DNA from: Alphaproteobacteria bacterium
GTDB taxonomy: Bacteria > Pseudomonadota > Alphaproteobacteria > UBA2966 > CAIVPW01
Assembly (NCBI GenBank): GCA_947481575.1
Contig: CANKGV010000003.1
Location: 51,934 to 115,933, forward strand
Reading direction: 5' to 3'
Length of the DNA: 64,000 bases
The notes under the pieces were generated by a model. It searched no databases and was not told where the DNA came from. It saw only the letters and a list, made by a program, of their open reading frames with translations. This document shows positions 1-8,543 of the stretch, piece by piece (the first letter of the stretch is position 1; each line of letters starts with the position of its first letter). A program made the translations under genes and the position numbers.

Positions 1-128
1 GGGACGGGGGAGACGCCGGGAACGAACTGCGGCGGTGCGAACGCGGCCGCGTGGTACTCGCCGACCAACTCAAGGATGCGGCCGCGGAGCGCGGCGCTGC
101 GATCGGCATTCGTCGTGGACTCAGTCAA
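1..128 (-). CDS. ddhC: CDP-4-keto-6-deoxy-D-glucose-3-dehydrase (DegT/DnrJ/EryC1 aminotransferase-like), N-terminal fragment only; putative TTG start at 128
   Basis: Minus-strand translation of 1-128 reads (M)TESTTNADRSAALRGRILELVGEYHAAAFAPPQFVPGVSPVP, the typical RfbH/DdhC N-terminus; GAAGG SD 8 nt upstream of the TTG; runs off the window edge. Confidence 0.45.
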   Translation of the reverse strand, partial: MTESTTNADRSAALRGRILELVGEYHAAAFAPPQFVPGVSPV

Positions 129-171
129 TTCTAGCTACCTTCTGCGAATCTCAACCACCGCGGCAATCGCA

Positions 172-1245
172 TCATACCGGGCTGGTATGAGCCAAGGCCT
201 CGTAGTCGGCAATTTGTGCGTGAGTGACCGCCAATGCGTCGACCCCATGGGCGACCGAACGATACCAATCGGTGGTCATCTTGATCGAATCATCGAACGA
301 GAGCCGGGACTGCCAATCGAGACGTTCTGCTGCGCGGGCGGGGTTGAGCGTCAAGATCGCCGTCTCGGCGGGGTGGATTCCGGTGTCGTTGACCCATGGC
401 ACCGCGCCGCGGCCCCAGTGCCGGACGACCGCATCCGCGACATCGGCGACACTGCGCAACTCGTCGCTGCGCGGGCCAAAATTCCAGGCAACGGCATAGC
501 TGCGATCCCGCGCCAACAGGCGTTCCGCGAGCCGGAGATAACCGGCGAGGGGTTCCAGAACGTGCTGCCAGGGGCGGATCGCGTGTGGTGCCCGAATCCG
601 TGCCGGTACGCCGCTCAGGATGGCGCGCACCAAGTCAGGAACGAGGCGATCCTCGGCCCAGTCGCCGCCACCGATGACGTTGCCCGCGCGCGCAGTGGCG
701 ATCAGCGGATCGTCGGCTCGGTCGAAGAACGACGCGCGATACGAACTGGACACCAGTTCCGCGCACGCCTTGCTGGCGCTGTACGGGTCGTGCCCGCCTA
801 GCGGGTCGTCCTCGGCGTTGCCGGCTGCGCTGGCACCGGCACGATAGACCTTGTCCGTCGTGATGATCACCGACGCTCTCACGCTGGGGCAGGTCCGGAC
901 CGCCTCTAGGACGTGTACGGTTCCCATCACGTTGGTCGTGAACGTTGCGACCGGATCGGCGTAGGACGCCCGGACCAGCGGCTGGGCGGCCATGTGAAAG
1001 ACGACATCCGGCTCCGCCCGTTCCATCGCGCCGCGAACGAGCGCGCGGTCGCGAATGTCGCCGAGAGTCTCGGAAAATCGCCCCGGCAGTCCGGCGGCAC
1101 GATGGAGGGAGTCCGGATCGGCCGGCAACGCGAAGCCGACGACGCGCGCGCCCAAGCGTTCCAGCCACAGGGCCATCCAACTGCCCTTGAACCCAGTGTG
1201 TCCGGTCAGGAATACGCGCTTACCCGCCCAAGCGGTTGCGGGCAT
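172..1245 (-). CDS. rfbG: CDP-glucose 4,6-dehydratase
   Basis: KRVFLTGHTGFKGSWMALWL Rossmann N-terminus, YSASK active-site motif; ATG at 1245 chosen (MPATAWAGKRVFLTG) rather than upstream track start. Confidence 0.85.
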   Translation of the reverse strand: MPATAWAGKRVFLTGHTGFKGSWMALWLERLGARVVGFALPADPDSLHRAAGLPGRFSETLGDIRDRALVRGAMERAEPDVVFHMAAQPLVRASYADPVATFTTNVMGTVHVLEAVRTCPSVRASVIITTDKVYRAGASAAGNAEDDPLGGHDPYSASKACAELVSSSYRASFFDRADDPLIATARAGNVIGGGDWAEDRLVPDLVRAILSGVPARIRAPHAIRPWQHVLEPLAGYLRLAERLLARDRSYAVAWNFGPRSDELRSVADVADAVVRHWGRGAVPWVNDTGIHPAETAILTLNPARAAERLDWQSRLSFDDSIKMTTDWYRSVAHGVDALAVTHAQIADYEALAHTSPV

Positions 1246-1255
1246 GGTCAGGTCA

Positions 1256-2026
1256 CTATTCCCATTTGCGCCACGGGGGGCGGGGGGTGGCCCACAGCGT
1301 CTCAAGTTCCTTCTTGTCGCGCAGCGTGTCCATGCAGTGCCAGAAGCCAGTGTGGTGATGTACCGATATCTGACGTGCTTGCGTCAGGCGCGCCATCGGT
1401 TCCTGTTCCCACACCGTGTCGTCACCGCGAATGTAGTCGAGGACCGTAGGCGACAGAACGAAGAAGCCGCCGTTGATCCACTGGCCGTCGCCGGCCGGCT
1501 TCTCGTCAAATCCAGTCACCGTGTGGCCGTCGAACCGGATTGCGCCGAAGCGCCCCAGGGGCCGCACCGCCGTTACGGCGGCTAGGGTGCCGGCCCTGCG
1601 CCGCAGTTCAACCACGCTGTTGATGTCGAGGTCCGTCACCGCGTCGCCGTAGGTCATGCAGAACGGCTCGTCGTCCAAGTAGCGCGCAATGCGTTTCAGC
1701 CGGCCGCCGGTCTGCGTGCCGACACCCGTATCAACCAGGGTGACGCGCCAATCCTCGGCAGGCCCGGAATGGGGCGACACCGTGTTGGTCGCGAGGTCGA
1801 CGGTCAGATCCGACGCGCGCTCGTGATAGTCGAGGAAGTAGCGCTTGATCATGTCGCCCTTGTACCCAAGGCACAGGACGAAATCCTTGAAGCCGTGCGC
1901 GGCGTAGATCTTCATGATGTGCCAAAGCATCGGCTGCTCGCCGATTTCCACCAGGGGCTTCGGCTTCAGGGAAGTCTCTTCGGACAGGCGGCTGCCAAGC
2001 CCGCCGGCAAGAATTACAACCTTCAT
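1256..2026 (-). CDS. rfbF: glucose-1-phosphate cytidylyltransferase
   Basis: MKVVILAGGLGSRLSEETSLKPKPLVEIG nucleotidyltransferase signature; GGGGAG SD 7 nt upstream of ATG 2026 (track start is GTG 2032). Confidence 0.85.
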   Translation of the reverse strand: MKVVILAGGLGSRLSEETSLKPKPLVEIGEQPMLWHIMKIYAAHGFKDFVLCLGYKGDMIKRYFLDYHERASDLTVDLATNTVSPHSGPAEDWRVTLVDTGVGTQTGGRLKRIARYLDDEPFCMTYGDAVTDLDINSVVELRRRAGTLAAVTAVRPLGRFGAIRFDGHTVTGFDEKPAGDGQWINGGFFVLSPTVLDYIRGDDTVWEQEPMARLTQARQISVHHHTGFWHCMDTLRDKKELETLWATPRPPWRKWE

Positions 2027-2047
2027 CGCCACGCTCCCCCGAAGACG

Positions 2048-2629
2048 TCAGCCACCGCACGCGGCGGGCTGATCCGCTTGGAACAGAATATCGCCAGCTG
2101 GCTCAAGCGTCGCACCCGTTACCCGTCCGCGGAAGTAGAACCCATCCACTACTTCGTACATGACTTCCTCGACCACGAAATCCGCGCGCACGTCTCCGGC
2201 TAGGCCGTCCGGAACGACGATCTGCGCCCGTCCCGAACTGCGATCGAAGGCGGTTACCCTCGGCCCATGAATTCCCCAGATCACGTTGAGTCCGTTGCGC
2301 GCGGCAAGCGCACAACCAAAGCGCTGCGCCGCGAGGGTGCCGTAGTCTTCGTTAAAGGCGCCCTCGCTGGGAAACACCCAGACTACGCTTGGTGGCTTCC
2401 CGTCGCGAACCCCGGTCCAAATCCGCTCGGCGAACGGCATGAGATACTGGTCGGTCGTGGCGAAAATCAACTCTCCCGGGCGCGCTCGGTTGACGACCTG
2501 CTCGACTACGGCCTGCTGGCTGAAGCGCGGGGTCGCCTGGGGCAGCCGCTTAAGCGTGTGCGACGCTGGTACATACCCTGCGGTGAGGATACCCAGCGCG
2601 ATCGGTACCAGCCGCAGCTTGGCATTCAT
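2048..2629 (-). CDS. hypothetical exported protein (N-terminal signal/anchor MNAKLRLVPIALGILTAGYVPA); no recognisable catalytic motif
   Basis: 193-aa ORF with coding-like composition, packed between cysNC and ddhA on the same strand. Confidence 0.4.
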   Translation of the reverse strand: MNAKLRLVPIALGILTAGYVPASHTLKRLPQATPRFSQQAVVEQVVNRARPGELIFATTDQYLMPFAERIWTGVRDGKPPSVVWVFPSEGAFNEDYGTLAAQRFGCALAARNGLNVIWGIHGPRVTAFDRSSGRAQIVVPDGLAGDVRADFVVEEVMYEVVDGFYFRGRVTGATLEPAGDILFQADQPAACGG

Positions 2630-2717
2630 GGTGGGCCGTGCTCCAAGAGGCTGGGCGGATTTGGGTCGTGCGGCATGATCGGAAGCAGTCCACTGACCGC
2701 CGCGGGCCGCGGCAGGA

Positions 2718-4610
2718 TCACCGTTTTCCGCCGGCCGCCTGCGCCGCGCGATCCGCGAACTGCTCGCGGACGTAGCTGACGATCGCGTCTACGGACTGCT
2801 CCACGTCCATCGCAGCGGTGTCGACAACCAGTTCTGCGGTCTCGGGCGGCTCGTAGGGCGCCGAGATGCCGGTGAACTCTTGGATCTCGCCGGCACGCGC
2901 CTTGCGGTACAGCCCCTTGGGGTCGCGCCGCTCGCAGGTGGCGAGGTCGGCCTTCACGTACACTTCGTGGAACGAGTCGCCGACCGCCTTGCGGGCGCGG
3001 GCGCGGTCGGACCGGTACGGCGAGATGAATGCCGTCAGCACGACCATGCCGGCCCGGCTCATCAGGGCAGCCACTTCGCCGACGCGGCGGATGTTTTCCG
3101 CGCGCTCGTCGGGCGAGAAGCCCAGGTCCGAGTTGAGGCCGTGGCGCATGTTGTCGCCGTCCAGGACGAACACTTGATAGCCGAGGCTGAACAGACGGCG
3201 CTCGACAGCGCTGGATAACGTCGATTTCCCCGAGCCGGACAAGCCAGTGAACCAGATGACCCCGCCGCGGTGGCCGTTGCGGCGCGCGCGCGCCTCGACC
3301 GAGACAGCCTGTTCGGTCCAGGTGATGTTGCGCGACTTGACGGTGAGCGCCTGGCGCTGATCGGCGTACCCGGCCATCGAGATGATGCCGCCGCCGGCGA
3401 TGTCGTAGCCGTCGACGAGCACGAAGCGGCCGGACAGGGGCGCGCTGGTGAATTCATCCAGCGCCAGCACGCGATCCGCCTGCAGGATGACTTCCGCGAC
3501 CGCATTGCGCTCGACCTTGTCGGAGGCGGCGGTGGACAGATCGCCGGTGTCGACTACGTGTTCGATCGCCTGGACGCGCACTTGTGCCTCGGCGGTAGCG
3601 AGCTTCAAGCGGTAGCGCGAGCCGACGGTGAGCGAGGTCTTGCCGAGCCAGAACAGGCGGGCGCGGAACACGTCGCTTTCGATCGGCGGCTGCGCCTCGT
3701 GGCTAACGATCTCGCCGCGCTCGACGAAGATTTGTTCGTCGAGGGTGAATCCGGTGGAGATGCCCGCGCGCACTTCCGTGGGCGTGCCGGGTACCAACCA
3801 TGCTTCGATGGAGGCCACGCGCGCCGACTTATTGCTCGGCGAGAACAACACGCGGTCGCCGACCTTGAGCACGCCGGAATCGATGCGGCCGGCGATGATG
3901 CGGCGGTGGTCGAACTTGTAGACGTCTTGCACCGGCATGCGCAGCGGCAGGCCTTCGGGCTGGGTCACCACCTTGAAGCGCTCGAGGGCGCCCATGACGG
4001 TCGGGCCCTTGTACCAGGGCATGTTGACCGACTGGGTCACCACGTTGTCGCCGCCACGGCCAGAGATCGGCACGATGTGGGTGGGGGTGACGCCGACGCC
4101 GATCAGATAGGCGCGGTATTCCTTTTCGATTTCCTCGAAGCGCGCCTGGCTGAAGCCGACCAGGTCCATCTTGTTCACGGCGACGGCGATCTGGCGCACG
4201 CCGAGCAGATGCAGCAAGTAGCCGTGGCGGCGGGACTGTTCCTTCACGCCCTCGGCGCCGTCGATCACCAGCAAGGCGGCATCCGACGCCGCGGCGCCGG
4301 TGATCATGTTCTTCAGGAACTCTTTGTGGCCTGGCGCGTCGATGATGACGTAGTCGCGCGACTGGCTCTTGATCCAGATTTGCGACGTGTCGATGGTGAT
4401 GCCCTGGTCGCGCTCGGCCTGCAGCGCGTCCATCAAGAACGCCCACTCGAACTCGACGCCGCGGCGGCGGCACACTTCGCGGATCGCTTCGACCTTGCCT
4501 TCCGGCAGGCTGCCGGTGTCGTGCAGCAAGCGGCCGACCAGCGTGGACTTGCCGTGGTCGACGTGGCCGACGATCGCGACCTTCAGGCCTTCGCGCGAGG
4601 TTCCCGGCAT
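2718..4610 (-). CDS. cysNC: bifunctional sulfate adenylyltransferase subunit 1 / adenylyl-sulfate kinase (CysN-CysC fusion, NodQ-like)
   Basis: GTPase P-loop [11 protein letters not shown] at N-terminus; C-terminal APS kinase P-loop [10 protein letters not shown]. Confidence 0.9.
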   Translation of the reverse strand: MPGTSREGLKVAIVGHVDHGKSTLVGRLLHDTGSLPEGKVEAIREVCRRRGVEFEWAFLMDALQAERDQGITIDTSQIWIKSQSRDYVIIDAPGHKEFLKNMITGAAASDAALLVIDGAEGVKEQSRRHGYLLHLLGVRQIAVAVNKMDLVGFSQARFEEIEKEYRAYLIGVGVTPTHIVPISGRGGDNVVTQSVNMPWYKGPTVMGALERFKVVTQPEGLPLRMPVQDVYKFDHRRIIAGRIDSGVLKVGDRVLFSPSNKSARVASIEAWLVPGTPTEVRAGISTGFTLDEQIFVERGEIVSHEAQPPIESDVFRARLFWLGKTSLTVGSRYRLKLATAEAQVRVQAIEHVVDTGDLSTAASDKVERNAVAEVILQADRVLALDEFTSAPLSGRFVLVDGYDIAGGGIISMAGYADQRQALTVKSRNITWTEQAVSVEARARRNGHRGGVIWFTGLSGSGKSTLSSAVERRLFSLGYQVFVLDGDNMRHGLNSDLGFSPDERAENIRRVGEVAALMSRAGMVVLTAFISPYRSDRARARKAVGDSFHEVYVKADLATCERRDPKGLYRKARAGEIQEFTGISAPYEPPETAELVVDTAAMDVEQSVDAIVSYVREQFADRAAQAAGGKR

Positions 4611-4614
4611 GGGC

Positions 4615-5415
4615 TTACATGTACCCGTCGGCGCGCAGGCGCTCGAACGCGTCTTCGGCCTCGTGATCCATGGCGCGGCCGGAGCGTTCGGCGACCTTGG
4701 TGGTCTCGAGTTCGGCGATCACTTCCGCAACAGTGGATGCGTTGGAGCTCACCGGCGAGGTGATGTCCTGGTCGCCGAGCGAACGGTAGCGCTTGCCGTT
4801 GCGGGCGAAGTACAGCGGGACCATCGGAATCTTCTCGCGGTCCGAATACTTCCAGATGTCGAGCTCGGTCCAATGCAGGAGCGGGTGAATGCGCAGATGG
4901 GTGCCGGGCGGGAAGTCGGTGTTGAACTGGCCCCAGAACTCGGGCGGCTGATCCCGCACGTCCCACTTGCCGGCGCCGGCGCCGCTGCGCGGAGAGAAGT
5001 AGCGTTCCTTGGCGCGGGTGCCTTCTTCGTCGCGGCGGATGCCGGCGAACACGCCTTCAAATCCGTGCGCTTTCAACACGCGCTTCAGGCCGGCGGTCTT
5101 GCGCGCGGCCGAACGGGCGGCGGGGGGCAGGGACGGGTCCATTTCTTCGACCGGCGGGCAGTCGCCGAGGATGAGGTCCAAGCCCCACTCCTTCGCGTAC
5201 TGGTCGCGGAAGTCGTACATTTCCTTGAATTTCTTGCCGGTATCGATGTGCAGTACCGGGAACGGCAGGCGGCCAAAGAACGCCTTGCGCGCCAGCCACA
5301 CCATGACGTTCGAGTCTTTGCCGAGCGACCACAGCATCGCAAGTTTGCCGATGCGGTTGAACGCCTCACGAAAGATGTAAATGCTCTGGCTTTCCAGAGC
5401 GTCTAGCGGGGTCAT
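4615..5415 (-). CDS. cysD: sulfate adenylyltransferase subunit 2
   Basis: PAPS-reductase-like [17 protein letters not shown] and [16 protein letters not shown] motifs; 4-nt gap to cysNC start. Confidence 0.9.
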   Translation of the reverse strand: MTPLDALESQSIYIFREAFNRIGKLAMLWSLGKDSNVMVWLARKAFFGRLPFPVLHIDTGKKFKEMYDFRDQYAKEWGLDLILGDCPPVEEMDPSLPPAARSAARKTAGLKRVLKAHGFEGVFAGIRRDEEGTRAKERYFSPRSGAGAGKWDVRDQPPEFWGQFNTDFPPGTHLRIHPLLHWTELDIWKYSDREKIPMVPLYFARNGKRYRSLGDQDITSPVSSNASTVAEVIAELETTKVAERSGRAMDHEAEDAFERLRADGYM

Positions 5416-5554
5416 GCTGCGGCGCTGGTGTTACGGCGGAGGATCCGACCGGTGGCCGGAAAAGAGCCGGTTTCGCCTTGGATTGTCAAGTTTCCGCGCG
5501 GGTTTGGGGCGATCCTATCTAGGCGTCTTGTTGGGCCGCTCAAAACGGTCGATG

Positions 5555-8488
5555 TCATCGGAACAATTGCGGCCAGTCACGCGTTACCGCGTCGAGGTTC
5601 CCTGCGCTGGTAACGTCATACAGGCGGGTAGTCATGATCAGGCGTTGACCGCCGTCCCGGGAAAGAGGGCGGAACGCGAAGACGCTAGCGCTCGGGGTCG
5701 AATGAGTGAGTAGTAGGTCGAATGGCACAACAATGAAGAACCCTTTGTCGAACGAGCCTTCGCCGAACCGTTGCGCCGAGACATTTGTAAACGTTGTCCA
5801 CAGGCCTACACGGACACCGCTATCAAAACGTCGAGACAACTCGTACGTCGCGCCAACATCGCCTGCGAGGTAACGCCCCACGTGGGCCATGAGCAGAAGG
5901 TTCTTGTAGGGAAGTTCGTAGTACAGGCTGAAATGGCCGGTGGTTACCGCGTACTCGCGGAACGCAAAGAGCTGCTGGTAGTCACGTTGCCGGACCCGGT
6001 CCAGTTCCAGGCCGAGCGACAGCCGCGAATTGAACGGCCGGAACAGAGTCTCGGCGCTAACGCCTCCGAACATTTCTTCAAACAGACCTAGTGACATCCG
6101 GGTGTAGAGCTCTGGGCCCGCCTTGAAGAAGAAGTCGGTTTGTAGTCGGGTAATGTTATTGGCACCCTCCTGCAAGTAGTTGCGAATATCACTGCGAACG
6201 TGTGGCAGGACGCTGTCTGACACTAACGTTATCTTCTTGAAGTTGTTGTAGAGATCTAGCCCGAAACTTGTCTCTGCTGACCAACCGCGTCTGATCTCGA
6301 CACCGGCGTTGAATGCTAGCCAGAACTGATACAGGAGGAACTGGTTGGGCCCGCCAATGTGCTGGCGAGTCTGTGGCGCAGCGCTCCAAGTAAAACGAGG
6401 ATAGCGGCCGGTGTTGGAGTCGGCAGCAAGCCCCGGCATGCCGGGTTGTCCAGGTTCCCAAACTGCATGCGCCATAACTTCTTCTGGCGTTCCCTCGCCC
6501 GCGGCCTGACGCTCAAGGTCGGTGCGGCGAAAAGTGACGCGCGCGAGTTGCATTCCACCGCTGAGCGACGCGACCGTTATCTCTTCGATGGGCGCAGGAA
6601 TGTAGCTGGCGATGACTCGGGCGGCCGTGCCGAAGTTTCTCGCCTCCTGCGGAAACTGATTCATCGTTACTTCGGCTACTACAGAGCGCGAGCCCAAACG
6701 TAGAGAGTCCAATGAGAAACCGTACTTAGAGAGTTCTTGCCCCACGCGACTGCGGACTGCGGCGATTTGTTCGCGTGTATACGCCGGATCGGCAGGAACT
6801 GTGTCGTGGTCGATTCCGGCGGCGGCAGCAAGCTGCGCGAAGTCAAGACGATCCAATGTCAGCGGGTAGATCTGGAGCGGTGGGGTTGCCGCTAGCGGTC
6901 CAAGTGGCGTGATGGCGGGCGCAGTTAAGGGTGCGAGCAACGTCACCGAGTTCAGCGGAGGCGCGGCCGCAATCGTCTTAGCTGGTCTTGCTGCCCGAAC
7001 GATGGCGACTGAGACCTCCAGACTAGCGGCGGCAACGCGTGCGGCAGCAGCCAAGTCAAACCGGGCGCCTGCTAGAATGGGAGTGACAGAAACTGTGGCG
7101 GCCGCGCCTATGATACGGACGTCACTGATATCCAGGCCGAGGGCAGCGAGGCTGTCGAAGAGGTCAGGCATTGGAGGCATCGACCTGATGCCTGGGAATC
7201 GCTGAACGCGAGTCGCAATGACCCCAGGATCGACAACGATGACCGAATCAACGTCCTCTGGCACGCCCCCGAACGCGGCGCGGGCGGCACTCTCGTAGTC
7301 GGTATCGCTAGTGCCATCCACCGTCACGACGTATTCATCGCCAACGACAGCAACGTCCAGGACAGAAAGGCCAAAGCTGCCGAAGATGCCGTACAGTTCC
7401 ACGCCCAAGTCGGGAGAAGGTGGCCTTCGGCCCGCCAAATTCGCTACGGATGGCGTTGGGGTTGGGCGGGTTTCAGAGAATGGCGCGGCGGCGACCTTCG
7501 ACGCGGAAGGGGGTGGTGACGGCCGCAATGGGGTTGTCGGCACCGCATCGGCGTTTGGCCCGGCGAGCATTGCGATGGTCTGGCGGGGCTCGATTGAAGG
7601 GGGCGGCGGGTCAAATTTCGGCAGACTGGCTTGGTCCTGCAGATTTGCGCGCAAGGTGACGCGCGTCGAGAGAGTGTCACCCCGTTCCCGCCCCACTGAG
7701 ATGTCGATCCAGGACCACGGCCGGAAATTGAAGCCGTAGTTGATCGGAGATTTGTAGGGGAGGGCATTGTCCAAGGCCTCTTTTGCGGGGTCGTGCCCGT
7801 CGTATTCGATCTTTAGGCTGAGGCCTTCGATTGGCGTGTGGTACTCGATTCCGCCAAACGGCCCGATCGTGTCGCCAGAGAACAGTCGAGACAGGTTCAC
7901 TTGACCCCCCTGGCCCTGTTCTGGCTTGAAGGTCCTGCTGAAATTGCGGAGTGGGTTTGGCAGATTGCCCCGTGACCCGAGGTAGTCCCAGCCCAGGCCC
8001 AAACTAAAATCTAGGTCACGGTAGCGCTTGCTTGCGACAACGTATTCACCCTCAAACACGCCGGTGCCAAGCAGATCCTGAAACCCAATCGCTACCTCTG
8101 GGAGGTAATCGCTTTCTGACCACAGGTGAAATTTAAGATCGGCGCTGCGGTCCTTGTAGGTCTGCGTGCCGCTGAAACGAGGGTCGCTCGAGTAAAGGCG
8201 ATTTTGCACCTCAGTGTAGCGGAACGTGGCTTCGAGCCACGGCATCACGTGAAGCGTCAGCAGAGTGCGCTTGTATGGGAACGCCTGCGAGAGGCCGATC
8301 GTCGCGAGGCCGTCTGGTCCCATTCGCGCACTGCGAGTTTCGATCAATCCGACGCCGCCGAAATTGCCGGGAGACACCAAGTTGGCGACTGCTGGCGCGA
8401 TTTCTGCTGAACTGGCGGGCAATGGCGCAACCAACGCTAAAGCAACGAAACCTGCCACCACCCTGGCAGTGACCACGGAGTCTTTCAC
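5555..8488 (-). CDS. yjbH: YjbH/GfcD-family outer-membrane exopolysaccharide protein (977 aa, GTG start, signal peptide, Pro/Ala-rich central insert)
   Basis: Signal peptide VVAGFVALALVAPLPASSAEI; YjbH-like N- and C-terminal beta-rich regions (FDKGFFIVVPFDLL near C-terminus); residues ~290-560 low complexity (PPPPSIEP, PTPTPS, AAPPLNSV). Confidence 0.55.
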   Translation of the reverse strand: MKDSVVTARVVAGFVALALVAPLPASSAEIAPAVANLVSPGNFGGVGLIETRSARMGPDGLATIGLSQAFPYKRTLLTLHVMPWLEATFRYTEVQNRLYSSDPRFSGTQTYKDRSADLKFHLWSESDYLPEVAIGFQDLLGTGVFEGEYVVASKRYRDLDFSLGLGWDYLGSRGNLPNPLRNFSRTFKPEQGQGGQVNLSRLFSGDTIGPFGGIEYHTPIEGLSLKIEYDGHDPAKEALDNALPYKSPINYGFNFRPWSWIDISVGRERGDTLSTRVTLRANLQDQASLPKFDPPPPSIEPRQTIAMLAGPNADAVPTTPLRPSPPPSASKVAAAPFSETRPTPTPSVANLAGRRPPSPDLGVELYGIFGSFGLSVLDVAVVGDEYVVTVDGTSDTDYESAARAAFGGVPEDVDSVIVVDPGVIATRVQRFPGIRSMPPMPDLFDSLAALGLDISDVRIIGAAATVSVTPILAGARFDLAAAARVAAASLEVSVAIVRAARPAKTIAAAPPLNSVTLLAPLTAPAITPLGPLAATPPLQIYPLTLDRLDFAQLAAAAGIDHDTVPADPAYTREQIAAVRSRVGQELSKYGFSLDSLRLGSRSVVAEVTMNQFPQEARNFGTAARVIASYIPAPIEEITVASLSGGMQLARVTFRRTDLERQAAGEGTPEEVMAHAVWEPGQPGMPGLAADSNTGRYPRFTWSAAPQTRQHIGGPNQFLLYQFWLAFNAGVEIRRGWSAETSFGLDLYNNFKKITLVSDSVLPHVRSDIRNYLQEGANNITRLQTDFFFKAGPELYTRMSLGLFEEMFGGVSAETLFRPFNSRLSLGLELDRVRQRDYQQLFAFREYAVTTGHFSLYYELPYKNLLLMAHVGRYLAGDVGATYELSRRFDSGVRVGLWTTFTNVSAQRFGEGSFDKGFFIVVPFDLLLTHSTPSASVFAFRPLSRDGGQRLIMTTRLYDVTSAGNLDAVTRDWPQLFR

Positions 8489-8543
8489 TATCTATGTTCC
8501 GGTGGAGTGGATGTAGGAGTCGGTCGACCCAGGGGCAAGCCGA

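Noticed and set aside
76-801. 241-aa plus-strand ORF at window start
   Set aside because: Lies antisense within the CDP-glucose 4,6-dehydratase gene; no motif support
2700-2712. Near-palindromic CCGCGGGCCGCGG between the orphan gene and cysNC
   Set aside because: Short GC-only element whose central base breaks symmetry; no loop; expected by chance at this GC content
3270-4763. 497-aa plus-strand ORF opposite cysNC
   Set aside because: Antisense of cysNC; low-complexity Asp/Ala/Gly-rich translation
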